DNA from: Phoronis australis
Lineage: Eukaryota > Animalia > Phoronida
Direction: 5' to 3'
DNA length: 64,000 nt
NCBI GenBank assembly: GCA_002633005.1
Contig: NMRA01000167.1
Span: forward strand, 160,432-224,431
A model generated the notes under the pieces. That model did not search any database. It was not told the origin of the DNA and worked only from the letters and a program-made list of their open reading frames with translations. Both the position numbers and the translations under genes were made by a program. Positions 1 through 12,948 of this stretch are shown in pieces (within the stretch, counting starts at the first letter, position 1; the number at the start of each line of letters is the position of its first letter).

Positions 1-178
1 GGCTATTCAATTCCAAACAGGTAAGGTGCTTGGGAAATTACATGTAGCACCTAACCATCTTGAATTTTGGTGTCCCAACTTTTGGAGAATGTCCCATGTT
101 TTGGAGGCTGTCCCAAACAGGAAGATGTTCACAGTAATACCATGACTGTTTCACTGCTTGTCATTCAATGTATTTCAG

Positions 179-253
179 AACTTCAAAGTGACCGATTGGC
201 CAGAAGACGAGTACGGACAGTTCTTCAGTGGAGATTCCTACATCATTCTAAAT
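179..253 (+). CDS. Gelsolin/severin-like protein (3 gelsolin domains), first exon visible in window; upstream exons lie outside
   Basis: tttcAG|...|GTatg boundaries; encodes NFKVTDWPEDEYGQFFSGDSYIILN, matching the gelsolin domain-1 G-x-F-x-x-GDSY motif. Confidence 0.93.
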
Positions 254-693
254 GTATGCATGCGTAGTCTCTAATAGGAAGCTGGGAAGTTTTTATGAAG
301 GAAATCGTTATTGCTAACAGTTTTCACACTTTACAGTGTTCCAGATGCCAATATTCTGTATAAGTTCCTAAAAATAATGCTTTAGTCAAATATTAGGTGA
401 TGCTTGCCAAATACTCCCAACTGAGATCTAGCCTAGCATGTTGGGTGAATTTTCATTGGATCAGCGTTGTTGAGATTGGTAGTTTGTGACACCGATGCCA
501 AGACAGATAATCACTGACTGCTCAGATCAGCTTCTGAAGCTTTTTTGTTACCAAGGCTGCAATTGAAATTTAGTAATATTTTTGTGTGCTGAAGTGTCGA
601 TAACACATACTTGGATTTGCGATACAGTAAACAATACAATAAGACAAACTATTAATTAGACAGCGGGTGATTACTTAAATATTGATGTTGCAG

Positions 694-768
694 ACCTACA
701 AGCCCGACCCCAATGCTGAAGGCTTGGCATGGGATGTTCACTTCTGGATTGGCAAGTACAGTTCACAG
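694..768 (+). CDS. Gelsolin-like exon
   Basis: ttgcAG|TYKPDPNAEGLAWDVHFWIGKYSSQ|GT; phase 0-0; D-x-HFWIG motif. Confidence 0.93.
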
Positions 769-1732
769 GTATATAGTTGGGGCCATGTTTATTCTGATGC
801 TTTCAGAATCATAGCCAAGAATCTCCCGAGTTGTACTATGACCTCACTTGTACCACAGGCATATGTCAAGTGAACTGTCTCAAGTGAATGATAGCTGAGC
901 TGCAAGCTTACACCCTGACTTGAAAAGAAGACAACAATGAACTTGCAGCACCCAGTGCAAAAATGTTAAAGGTTCTGAGGAAATTGAATTTTTGTTGAGT
1001 ACTGTATAAGTTTGGTCAGGAAGATCTTGGTAATGATATGACAGGCTGTTTTGGCTGCATGATGGTGGTGTGTGGAACTGCATAGAGTATTTGACTTGTT
1101 ATGCTTCTTATCTCCAATTCCCCCATGAGCTGTCAGGGGTGGACCCAGGAATGAGTTGGGGGGGGGGGGGGGGNNNNNNNNNNNNNNNNNNNNNNNNNNN
1201 NNNNNNNNNNNNNNNNNNNNNNNNNNNNNNNNNNNNNNNNNNNNNNNNNNNNNNNNNNGTGGTGGCGGGCAAGGTCACATATGTTTGCACTGAGCTTGGT
1301 TCACATTTTTTTTTTGAGCTGTTATATCTGGGATTGATACATTCATGAAACATGGGCAAAATTGTCTCCTACAGGCAAAACTCGACTACCTGTGGCTTCA
1401 TCTGCACTATGCAAGACTGATATTGGGTGTATACGTAAAAAGGTACTCCTTGACCACCAACAGTTAAATTTTTATATCGGTTTTGACTACAATAATTGGG
1501 AAAATGTTAGGAGGGCCATGGCCCCATTGGCCCCCCTCTAAATCCGCCTCTGGGGGCATCTTTATTCAAACAAGGCAACATTCTTTATGGGTACAGAGAT
1601 CATTAAAACATTAAGACAAGAGTTCTGAGTGACTATGTTATTCCATTACACAAGCCAAGGAAAGCCATTGCGTGAGGAGTGCGCACTGTGTGATTACTAA
1701 CATTCAACTCTGTTTCCCAATCCCCAGTCATA

Positions 1733-2169
1733 CTGGGATTTTCTGTAGATAAGCCCACCCTGTGAAGTGCCCATGGGCGTTTATTTGGAAAATTATGTGT
1801 TTATTTGGTGTTGCAACTGATGGTGTCAAACGTCCAGATAGGGAGACATTTATTGGAAAAATTTCCTCTTAAAAGTCCACTCAGCATCCACTTTTAGCCA
1901 CAAATTCAGTTTTGTGAAGCATTTATCATTCATAAAAACGAACTAAGTGTTGGTGAATTATGTATTTATTAAGTTAAACTTAAAATTAAAGATCACAGTT
2001 ATATTTAAAAAATTGCTGATATTTTCATACCAGCCGAGGCTTTGACTTTACGTTTACATGCCCCCCTTTTCTGAATAAACGCCCGGGCATTTATTTGGTG
2101 TTACTGATACGCCTGAATATTTTCATTTTCGGAATACATGCCCATGGGTTTATCTACGGAAAATCCCAG
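1733..2169. mobile_element. Tc1/mariner(pogo)-type MITE in gelsolin intron
   Basis: TIR CTGGGATTTTC(T/C)GTAGATAA(G/A)CCCA at both ends, flanked by TA on each side. Confidence 0.8.
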
Positions 2170-2436
2170 TACGAAAAGTTCGTGGTTTCCGCTGTTCACT
2201 GCAAAAGTTCATTCATATTCACAAGTTTGGATGTGGCCTGTAACACTTGACGCATAAAATATTTTGTGCCACGACTTCATTCAAAGTAAGACATATCTCA
2301 TTTCCAGAAATGTGGGAGATTCCAGGGACGTTCGCTGTTTGTTTTTGCTTTATTTGTTATTTATCACCAGTTTGGTTGTCTCCATTACTGACTGCTTGCT
2401 GTTACCTGAGTGACAACCTGACCTCCCCTTTAACAG

Positions 2437-2567
2437 GATGAATATGGTACGGCTGCGTATAAAACAGTTGAACTGGACACCTACCTGAATGATGGACCAG
2501 TCCAACATAGAGAGGTCATGGGTTATGAGTCCACCCTGTTCAAGACATACTTCCCGAATGGCATCTC
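2437..2567 (+). CDS. Gelsolin-like exon
   Basis: AG|[43 protein letters not shown]|GTaag; domain-1 actin-binding helix and QHRE-x-x-G-x-ES motif. Confidence 0.95.
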
Positions 2568-2814
2568 GTAAGATTTTCTGTTTCCACCCCAGCATAATAT
2601 TCTTTTGCTTAATGTGTTGACTTTGTATTATCAACTCATTCTTTTATGTTCCCTGTGTGGTCAGTTTACACGTGACTGTAAAATGTCAAGCTGTTTGTAC
2701 AAGTGCAACCTCTGTGATGTCAAATTTGACACCATAAACACCAACCTAGAAGAGAGCACCACCCCAGCAGAACATGTAATGGCAATCGAACTGTGTTACA
2801 AGAACCCTCACACA

Positions 2815-3005
2815 CAATAGGCGTTTTGAAATTGATATACATGGATAATGAAAGTGGTTCTTTATGAACCTGCACTAGTCATACAGCTGTCCCATTTGGA
2901 CTGTGTAACTAAACACAGCTGAGCGAAGGCTTTATGGTCTTGGCTGAAGACAGTTGTTTTACTACCTCCCTATGGGCTTGAATAGCCAAGCCCAGAATGG
3001 TCTTA
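2815..3005 (+). repeat. Dispersed repeat, second copy at about 6563-6755
   Basis: Both copies share ACAGCTGTCCCA(T/G)TTGGACTGTGTAACTAA...GAATAGCC. Confidence 0.7.
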
Positions 3006-3226
3006 AACCACATAATTTTTTTTCTAGCTTTGAAGTTGCCATTTTTAATTTGTGCTCCGTATAAATTTATAGTGGTGTATGTTGTTGTATTGAGCAAATT
3101 TCGTGAACATTTAGTGCCCGTCTTTTATGTCACTAACCATTAATTACAACTGTGAGCAGCACATCCCCAAAATCGTTAGTCACATGCACTGGCTCTCAGT
3201 TTTCAATGATCCTGTCTCGTTGTTAG

Positions 3227-3338
3227 TTTGCTGGAAGGTGGCGCTGAGTCTGGCTTTAAGAAGGTCAAGCCCGAAGAATATCGACCTCGGTTGCTGCAGT
3301 ACACAAGAGACGCAACTAAGAAAGTCACTGTGAAAGAG
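3227..3338 (+). CDS. Gelsolin-like exon
   Basis: Phase 2-0; (S)LLEGGAESGFKKVKPEEYRPRLLQYTRDATKKVTVKE|GTgag; GG-x-x-SGF linker between domains 1 and 2. Confidence 0.93.
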
Positions 3339-4060
3339 GTGAGACATAGTATGCTCAATGGTGATCTAACATAATTCCTCTCATTATTCATTCTTAGACA
3401 CTTTTGACTAGGTCATTTGTGTATTAGAGATTTTCTTGAAAGCATATCATTTTAACATTTAGTTATGACTCAAGGGTTAGAATTGACTTGTCGCCAGTAT
3501 ATTGAGTGACAGCTTAACTGACCAATCAGAACGCAGCATTCTTGACACTATTCGTGTCCAAGCTGCCATTTTACCCGACAAACAACACGTTGCCAGGTTA
3601 CAGTAATGTTGGCTTGTCGACATTTCGTAAGGGGGCGGAGCTTGCGATAGGTCAATTCTCATCTAAACTTAAATGCTCAAGTTAGTAGCTACAACCCTCT
3701 ATTCGGCTGTCTACAGGATAGCTTCTTGTTGTAAATAGATTGCCTCTGCTTTACAACTAACCTATGACCTGCAGTTCACTGTATCCAGTTCTTTACCTGT
3801 TTAGCACACTATGTGGCAGACAAGTGACACTGTATTTTGTCGAGTTCCTTCAGAAAAATAAACATGATTGCAGAAAATTTTAGTCTATAACTAGCTTAGT
3901 CTGTACTGTTTAGATGTCATAAAACAATGTATGGTGAGGTTTTGACTGTTTGTAGTACGAAAAAAATCAGCCTTTAAAATATGGAAAATGGCAGTTTCAT
4001 CAATTTTATATGATTGTGCGAAATAAGTAGAGAATTACCACTGTTTTTTAACTGCTTCAG

Positions 4061-4171
4061 GTACCACGTAAGGCTACGTCGCTGTTCTCTGGTGATGTGT
4101 TCATCCTTGACAAAGGCCTGACGATTTACCAGTGGAACGGTACTGAGTGTCAAAAGGAAGAAAAGTTCAAG
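4061..4171 (+). CDS. Gelsolin-like exon
   Basis: cttcAG|[37 protein letters not shown]|GTggg; domain-2 GDVFILD...QWNG motif. Confidence 0.95.
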
Positions 4172-4664
4172 GTGGGTATTCTGGTCGTTCTTCTACAGTT
4201 GTTTAAGCCAAGTTCAGTGGTGTTTAGGTCAAGTCAAAACTACAGTAACTGTTGTACTAGAATAAGTAATCAGACAAAATACCGTCCGATTTTGTCCAAT
4301 TTGGTGAGACAGTGCGTCTCAATGGTTTGAGCTCTGGATTCCCGTTTGGGAAACCCACTGGCATGTACTTAGAAGTGTCCTTATTAATAGAAAAACGAAA
4401 ATTAAGAAAAGCCTGAAGGGCCTTACAGAAAATGTTTAATAAGGAAAAAACAAAATCCACTTAAACTTGTTCTGAATAATACTCATGGAACAAAATTGCG
4501 TTTCTGAGAATACACACCTGACCGCTGGTTACGGAGAATAGTTCAGATCTATAAATTATTTCTTGACTGTGATGCGCTCGTAGGTACCCCAAGTCCATAA
4601 GACGGCTTAACGCAATATATTATTTTGCTGTCTGTAGTTTTTGCTATGCTTTTTCTCCCAATAG

Positions 4665-4751
4665 GCCATGCAGTTTGTGCAGCAGCTTGTGAGTGAGAGA
4701 AATGGCCGGCCAAAACATGAAGCTCTCGAGGAGGCAGACACCGCAAAAAGT
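4665..4751 (+). CDS. Gelsolin-like exon
   Basis: AG|AMQFVQQLVSERNGRPKHEALEEADTAKS|GTagg; phase 0-0. Confidence 0.88.
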
Positions 4752-5091
4752 GTAGGTTGAGAGAAGAACTTGAAATATTGTTTATTAAGTATTCTGAACA
4801 GAATGTGATCATGGTACTTCTTCAGTGTCGTTATGTAAAGACGCAGCTTATGAAATCCAAAGAGTGATATGACAAGTCAAACTCCACATTATTTCTAACA
4901 GATCTGTATCACATTGTATCATAAACCTTGTATCACTTGACGTGGGATAATGTCTCAATACCCAGTTTAGGGCTGAATTGTCTGGTACGATGATGGGCAC
5001 AATGGATGCATGGTATGATACCATCACATTTATGTTGTGTTGTTTTGCGAACATTTATCAAAAAGTCTTCAATGCCTATGTTGCTCTGTGG

Positions 5092-5382
5092 CAGGGCTCG
5101 ACACTAAAGGGTAGCCTAACGGCCTGACAGCAGGTTACTTTTGTTCTCAGGCAAGTTAAATCTCAAAGTAGCTTGCCAAAGTGCTCGTCGATTTCAACTG
5201 TGAATTATTGTGTATCCATATGTAATGGCACGTAACGCAACTTGCAAACTTCTAAGCACTTTTTGACTTTGAAGGCATCATTATTCAATAATTTGGACAA
5301 GTAAGTTTTTCTTTAGGCAAATGGAATTTTCGGTGGACTTGCCTAGCTCAGAAGTTAACAAAAAAGTTAGTGTTAAGCCCTG
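5092..5382. mobile_element. hAT-like MITE
   Basis: TIR CAGGGCTCGACACTAA ... TTAGTGTTAAGCCCTG; target-site duplication degenerate. Confidence 0.65.
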
Positions 5383-5852
5383 CTCATGGTGGCTCGCAAC
5401 TGAAGGGGCATCGACTCTTGTCTCGGTAGTGCTCAGGTGTGCCCCTGAGCAAGGCACATAACAATAGTTGGCATTACACTGTAACATAGTAAATTTCAAC
5501 CTTCACAGAATTTTTTGCAAAATACATACAGTGTTAGGAATTCTTTTAAGGCATAAGTATCCATTAAGTACTGCCTTGCATTTCCCATCTGGATTAGAAT
5601 AGGCATTTACCATGATGGCGCCTGGATTTATGTGGTATGAGGGTTGCTTTTGTTTGGAAATTAGGGAACAGAGATGTGTGTCTGATAACCACTCCCTGTT
5701 TCTTGCAACATTATTTCTCTACGTGTTTAGACACTGCGGACTGTAAAAAGTAAATCCAACAAGCTTGCTAAACTCGGGAAATTAGTAAAATACTAGAAAA
5801 GATTATGCAATTTGTATTTGGTCTTTATCAGGGGAATTTCTACAAATTTCAG

Positions 5853-5950
5853 CACGACTTTTACGAAAGTTTGAATGATGATGAAGCAGCAGAACCTGAT
5901 GACGGTGACGCTATTGAGAACTACAGCAAACGGCCTAAGAAGATGTTCAG
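5853..5950 (+). CDS. Gelsolin-like exon (domain 2-3 linker)
   Basis: tttcAG|HDFYESLNDDEAAEPDDGDAIENYSKRPKKMF+AG|GTagc; phase 0-2 fits neighbouring exons. Confidence 0.85.
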
Positions 5951-7014
5951 GTAGCTGTCGCCCAGCTTGGAGGAGAACTTCACATTCAAAGACTTGTTTT
6001 AGGATGAAACATAGTTTTGGTCTTAAGTTTTAAAGCTAAAAACTGGTATTGGTTGAGCGAGTGAGATTTCGGACTAATGTGCCGTTCACACCAAGGTGGT
6101 TATAACTTTTAAATCCGATTTAAAATTTATAACATAGTATGAACACTTTAAAACTAGTTTTTAAAGTTATAAAAAGTAGTGTGGTAATATAACCCTCTGT
6201 GACGGTGGTTTAGTGAGAGGTTATAACCTGTGTAATTCGGTGTAAACACAGCAGTTGTAAAAGTTACAACTCTGTAGGTGGCGCTGCTGTCAAATCTCTT
6301 TGGAAACTAACTTGGATGTATCTGAAAGCAATAGCACTGATGACTAATGGCTAAAACCACAAACTAGAATTACAACATTTAACTGTGAGTGTGAACATAT
6401 ACAGTTATTGAAGGAGTTACAGCGTTTTAAGTTGATCTGGACACAGCTTGAATTTAAATAAATGTCTCTATTGTCTTAACATTTTGGCCTTGGAATTGGG
6501 TAACTGTCTGCTTAATGGATTGAATTTTGCAGACGGACAGTAAATTATGGTGTAATGTACTCACAATAGACCGTTTGAAAATGACATGCAAGATCAGTGA
6601 AAGTAGTTCCTTTTGAACACTTCTCTTAGTCATCACAGCTGTCCCAGTTGGACTGTGTAACTAACCACAACTTATCAAAGGGTTTTTGGTCCTGGTTGAG
6701 AAGGCAATTGTTTTATTACTCCCTATAGATAGCTGAATAGCCTAGCCTGGAATGATTGGCCAGAATTGACTTAGTGTTGAATGTAAAGTGTTCTCTTCTT
6801 ACAAGTCATTACAGAACTATCAGCATATTGATTGGGGGTTCATCAAATCTGTTTAGCCAGGGCTGAGAAGACTTGATAACATACAGCTAATACCAGTGGC
6901 GGATTTTGGGGGCCCAAACCCCTCCCCTTGGCCGCCAACAAAAAGATGAATTGTAAAAATGACACGGCAATAGATTTTGTCATTTATTATAATGCGGCTA
7001 ATCGTGGGTGTGAA

Positions 7015-7100
7015 TGCTTGTGTGTGGGTGTGTGCGTGCGTGCGTGTGTGTGCGCGTGTGTGTGTGGGTAAGTGGGTGGGTGAGCGAGCGGGCAAGCGCA
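7015..7100. repeat. (GT)n/(GCGT)n microsatellite
   Basis: Read directly from sequence. Confidence 0.85.
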
Positions 7101-7508
7101 TGTGTGTTGGGGGTATGCAGATGTCACAAAATCGATAGATGTTGGACCCCTTGGCTCATGAGAGCTTAGATCCAACACTGAACACCATTTGTGATTAGTA
7201 CACAACACCCTTCGTCTTTTCCAGCTGTAACAAAGGGCTGGTTGTGAATAGACAGCCATGGGTTTTACACTATACTGTTAAAGTGTCAAGAGGCTTACCA
7301 AAGAATGTCTCTCTCAAAGTCTGCATTACTGGCCTAAGAATCATCATGCTGACTAAGAAGTAGCATGAACAAGCAATTTATGATATTGATATTTATTTAG
7401 AAAAATATGAAGACTTTATAGTTGCTATGGACCCACCCTCTCTCAAGAAATTTTTGGTTCGGGCCAGTTACTGACCGCATTTTGTCATTTGAATTCAAAT
7501 GTCACAGT

Positions 7509-7771
7509 CATGTGTGCACCCAGCCTTTAATATGGGGTGGGGCTCGAATCTCGGACAAAGTGCACCTTTTGCTAACAAAAAACAGGAGGACTAAAAGAAA
7601 AAACGGGGTGCCACCTTCAGGTCTGTGAATTGTGCATCTGCGCCTTTTTAGTGGACTTCTGTCTCGTTTTCTCGGACTTTATGTTTCTCTGAGGCGGACC
7701 TTTTTACCCACTTCGCCAAATGGGGGGGCTCGTTTGAGCCCCCCCCTGAGCCCCCCCTGGGTGCGCGCATG
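7509..7771. mobile_element. MITE with CATGCGCGCACCCAG-type TIRs (family G)
   Basis: CATGTGTGCACCCAG ... CTGGGTGCGCGCATG; related copies at 13353-13501 and 13624-13783. Confidence 0.65.
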
Positions 7772-8243
7772 ACATTGAGACTTCAAATAGCAGCTGTAAA
7801 CCCACCTTATATCAAAAAGAACAAATACTTTTGATTAAACCATCACTTACATTTATGAAGTTGATGTTAAACTGTTCCTTTATAATCAAAAAAGGTGTGA
7901 TTTAAGGTTTTGGAAAGAACTGACAGGTCATTATTCCTTGAGATCATGCCCTTCAAGTTGATTTGTCGCGCCGTGTCTATTTGGTGAGCATGGTCTCTAG
8001 CAACAACGAACCATCAGTTTTCTTAAGGTACACAGAAATCAATTCTCATCTGAGTAAGATACAAGTTGAGATGATCAGTTTTATAGCATAAGTTGTCTAA
8101 ATCAAAAGTTGGTTTCTTCAAACAAAATTTGGGTGTATTGTCACTTTAAGGGATAGGTAGACCAATTGAAAAAGTTTTGTTTTTGACATTTTTATGTAGG
8201 TTGTGTTCTCGTTATCACATTATGCACTTCTCTGTCCTTTCAG

Positions 8244-8322
8244 GCTGTCGGATGCCAGCGGTAAGATGGAGTTCCAGTTGGTGAAAGAGGGGAAAATCAG
8301 TCGTGATGACCTGGATTCTAAG
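8244..8322 (+). CDS. Gelsolin-like exon
   Basis: (R)LSDASGKMEFQLVKEGKISRDDLDSK|GTgaa; domain-3 SDASG motif. Confidence 0.93.
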
Positions 8323-8887
8323 GTGAATTGACACACCTGGCCAGTAGGGGGAGTGAGTTACATAACTCAGTGCACCTTGTACTTCCTGTTGTTCAATTGC
8401 TGCTGATGTATAATTAAGTGGAGAAAACAATAGATTTCACTGTTTTGTTTTCAGGACCTACTGCTAGGTGAAAATTTAAGTCAACACCAATTAAAATTGT
8501 GAACTGATGCACAAATTTCTGTTACACCATACCTTGCCAACACTATAGGGAGGCAGCTGGCTGGGCTGTCAACAGTCAACAGATACAATTTTGTGACATA
8601 ATGAGGTGTTGTAAAGGATTGCATGGATGACGAAGCAACCCAAGTGACAGGACTGAATTCAATGGTGTTCACATAATTAGCAAACTCCAATTGCTGGAGG
8701 ATCACCATCCCATGTTCAATTTTTACCTGTACTTGGTTCCTCATGTTAAGCACTGGTCAAAGGTAACAACCTCAAAACATCTGTCACAACCAGCAATCGT
8801 TCCCAAAATGCACTTTCTGGCCTTAAAACAATAGGTTATTGTCCGTTAAATGAATCCTGTCAACTGTAAGATTTTCCATTTGTGCAG

Positions 8888-8983
8888 GACGCGTTTATCA
8901 TTGATGCTGGTACAGAAGTGATTGTTTGGGTTGGAAGTCAGGCCTCCAAGAATGAAAAACTGAGGGGACTGGAATATGCCCAC
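8888..8983 (+). CDS. Gelsolin-like exon
   Basis: gcAG|DAFIIDAGTEVIVWVGSQASKNEKLRGLEYAH|GTaag; domain-3 D-x-FI-x-D...VW-x-G motif. Confidence 0.95.
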
Positions 8984-10218
8984 GTAAGTAGTAGTAGGAC
9001 ATACCTCATGAACTTGTAGACACATGTATTTGCAGTGCACTCCTTTTCGGTGTCTAAGATTTTTACTGTTAGTCAAATGGATTGCAACTGTTCTGACAGT
9101 ACTTTTCAGGGAGCTTTTTCGTCATCAGTAGCAAAGTTTTGAAGTTGCCATTATTTGCAAGATGCTAGTGCTGCCAGGCTCCACGACCAAAGTTTCCTAG
9201 GCGCAACAAATGGACCAACTGCGTCACCGGAAATTTGAAAGGTTACATGAACCATGCCATTGCAATTAGTCAATGTTGCAGTCCAGTTCAGTGGTTGGCG
9301 ATTCCAGTTTTTCCTTTTCCATTTTATTCGCTATTTTTGCTGTAGACCCAAGTGACGAGATTCACTCAGTAAAGGGCCGCATGTCACTTCTTTCTCTGGC
9401 CATAAACCTTCTGTTAGGGTCATACATACTAGACATTCTGTGTTATAATGACAAGTCTTGTTAACATTCAGGAAAGGAGTGTGTGATAAGTGCCGAGGCA
9501 TGAAATTCGTATTTGACCTCATTGATTGTTGATATATACAGTAAATCCTCCATGTATTCGGAGGGCTCATAAACTTCAGACTCAGAAATTGATGCAAAAC
9601 GTTGATTTTTCAGTTCTTGAAAGTCGGACAGCATTGTTTGTTGTGTCTTAGGATTTATATTATTTTCTGATGTAAACATGACTTTTACAACCATTGTGGT
9701 ACTTGAATGGGATAGTTAACTTATCAAGTAAGACTGGGAAGGGTCTATGTTCATATTCTGGCTTGTTAGTCAGTTGCCAATTTTACTAAAACCTATAGGC
9801 AGGTTTTGATGATATTTCTAGGAATGGATGGAATTTAGCAAAGTATTGATAAATCGACTGATTTGACAATTTAAAGGTGCCATTAAAACGAAAACAATCG
9901 AAAAAGCAGCATTTAGTTGATGTCGGTGGAGACTGTACTTTGCTGAACTGTACTAATAAATTCAATCAATTTTCAGGTATCCGACATGAGAACAGCAACG
10001 TAACACTTTAATTGTGGATATAAAAAGGGCTCTAGTTTAGTTGTCTAATAGAGAATCTATGTTGGTCTGGCTTACTTCGATTAATATAAAGATCCTTAAT
10101 TGCTATTGTCAATTAATGTCTTGCCCTGTAGAGTCAACACCTGGGTGAATGCGTACATGTACAGCTTGTGACATTGCCAATCAGGGTCCTTATCGCCCTA
10201 CTTGCGTTCTTGTTTCAG

Positions 10219-10344
10219 AACTACATCAAGGAGTCAGATGCCAACTTTCTCCCTGTCACTGTTGTTAAGGAGAATCAAGTGTCCAAAGCCCTTGACGACG
10301 CTTTTCATAAGCCACGCAAAGGCCAAAAATGCACTTTGTTGTAA
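10219..10344 (+). CDS. Gelsolin-like alternative last exon A (polybasic + CaaX C-terminus)
   Basis: tgtttcAG|NYIKESDANFLPVTVVKENQVSKALDDAFHKPRKGQKCTLL-stop; phase 0. Confidence 0.88.
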   Translation, partial: NYIKESDANFLPVTVVKENQVSKALDDAFHKPRKGQKCTLL

Positions 10345-11703
10345 CCATGACATTATAACTCTGCCCGTGAGAATGGTCTCACGATTTCGATCTGATGCTC
10401 TGAGATAGAATGCATTCTGTTTTTGGTTTTTGCCTGAAACTAACAAGAGGCTTGGTTGTTTTTGATCAGTGAAAATTTTATTTTTGATTTTCAAAAGTCC
10501 TTTAAAGCAATGAAAATAGGCCCTGATTTAGTTTGACACTGTTAGCGGAAAACAAAAAGGTGACATGTTTATCTTCACCACTCAAGCGAAGTTTTTTACT
10601 CCTCCTAGAGAAAAAGTCAAGCTGTTTATGGTTTTATCTCAGGAAATGTGAATGCTACTGAATACTAGAAATAATTGAATTTTACTGCTTCAGAGATACT
10701 GATCAGATCAGCTGAGCCTTTTTGGTCTAACCATGACATTTTTCAGTTTCTAGACTATTTTGTGTTTTTACTTTTGTACCTTGGTCCATGGATGCTTCCA
10801 AATGACTTCTCCGTCCCTCGACTGTTTTTAATTTTAACCTAAAAATGGTTATCTCTTGTCTACTATATGAATGTATGAACCTGCCATGACCGCCTGGTGA
10901 CTACCCATCAAACTACAAGTCTCAATGTTTTACGTAATCAAAAAAAAATGGAAACCCAAACCATGTCTCTCTTTATTACAATATAACTATCACAAAAAAA
11001 CGAACGCAAATCTTGATTTTTATGTTAAGTTGGTTTACGAAAAAGATTATTAGCATTTCACTGAACAAAATTTTTTAATAGTCAAATTTTTTGATAGTTC
11101 ACTTTATTTATGCAGCTGGTTCTACTTTGGAGGGAAAACTGAAACACGAGGGGCTGTTTGCAAGCAAAACGTTGTTTACATTAATTTCACAGATAACATA
11201 ACTTAACCACTTCAATTGTGTTTGGTTCACTGGTCATTTACACTATTTTATTTGCTCAACATCTGTAGTGTTACTGTTAACAACAGTTGTTGTTTGATGT
11301 GCTAACCAGTCTGCTTTCAAGAGTGTGGCTTCTGCACTGACATATGTTTGTTGTGCAATTATTTTTGATATGGGACTTCTTTTTCAGTGTGGTTGTGGTT
11401 GTGGCTGTGTGTAGTGCATTTGTCTGTCAGCATACACGTTTTGTACCGTACTCAGAAGTAGTACTGGTTAGAACCATCGCTATTTAGTTTAGTTTGACTT
11501 GTGCTAGTTGCTTAATGTACCTAGCCGTAGCTGCTTTTGATATTAGTGTTGAAGTAAGGATTCACCAGCAATTTTTGCGGTTCAGCAGGGTTTTTATATT
11601 TTGACGCTTGACATTTTTCGTGTCGTCACTTAATGTGCAGCATGATTTTTTAAAGGCTGTAGACGGGCGCATTGATTCACTAACGGAGTGACTTGTGTTT
11701 CAG

Positions 11704-11796
11704 AGCTACATTATGGAGTCGGATGCTAACTTTTTGCCTGTCTCGGTTGTACGTGAACACCACATTTCCAAGGTTTTGGATGATGCATTTGACTAG
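11704..11796 (+). CDS. Gelsolin-like alternative last exon B (no CaaX)
   Basis: tgtttcAG|SYIMESDANFLPVSVVREHHISKVLDDAFD-stop; paralogous to exon A with the same acceptor context and phase. Confidence 0.85.
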   Translation, partial: SYIMESDANFLPVSVVREHHISKVLDDAFD

Positions 11797-12942
11797 CCCT
11801 CAGTCAGCCGCCAAACCCTGTATTGCCTGGCCAACCTGATCAAGATGTAGTTAGCTGCACTGTTGAAATTAACGGCTTACGCCCGATGTGCTTGCATGTA
11901 TTATAATTCTGCGCATAACCATATTAGATATTAGCCTAACCCGGGACCTGTTCTGTAAGGCAAGATGAAATTTGGAGAGTAGATGGTGAGATATACACTT
12001 GGCTTGTGATGCATGGCCGATACCTCGCAAAGACTTGTGAAGGTTTGTGTGATTTTGCAACACTAACAACAAAGTTTGCCTTACGGAACGAAGTCCCACT
12101 ATTAACCAGCTTATCCTAACCTGTTTATTACTGGTAGTTTTTAATCATTGTTTTTGCGCTGTTATTGATCAGTTCAAGGACTTGCATGTGTTTTGGGATC
12201 TGAAGGAGATAAATAGTAATGCTAATAAACATGGATAGGTCTTGCAAACATCCCCTTTACGCAGGAAAGAAGGATCGATTTGAATTTCTCCAATGCCACA
12301 AGGTCAACTGGATGGTTTCTATCCACATTCCTTTCACAATATGGAGATAGTTATCAATAGAATTCGCTAGGTCACATGAAAAATAGGTAATTACCTTTTC
12401 TTATCAGATCATATCTAAATTATGCTGTGCCTGAAATAAATTAGCATAAAACTGGCCCTGGTCTAGTCTGATCCTTCAAAGGGATTTTTCAGGACATAAA
12501 TAGTTTTATTAGGTCAAAAAAGCATATTTATTCTATGTAAATCAGTTGCCAGATTTCTGGCCTTGTGTGTTTTTTACTTTGTCTTGTAATCGTTTTGTAT
12601 TGGGACAAATAAGTCGTGCTAATGAAATTATGACTTGACAAGATACTTTTTATCTACCAGATTTGTGCCTTGAGAATTTGTTGGTGTTATTTAGAAGAGA
12701 CAAAAGATTTTCAGAGGATATTTATCATTGCTTGGATGTCTATTGGCGTTTCCAGATTGTATTCTGCATTGAATGTGTTATTGTTCGCTACTGTATGTCC
12801 TGTCTTTCATTTATTTCTCACGTATAAGCTGGTTACATATATACACAATTATTATCGGTGTTTGACATGCCAGGTATAAAGGTGGAATATAATGTTTTGC
12901 ATGTAAACTTCCCATTTAACGCCTGGGATTGTGGGTAATGCG

Positions 12943-12948
12943 AATAAA
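12943..12948 (+). terminator. Candidate polyadenylation signal of the gelsolin-like gene
   Basis: AATAAA at the end of an AT-rich 3'UTR-like tract, followed by T-rich sequence; other AATAAA at 12224 and about 12435. Confidence 0.45.
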
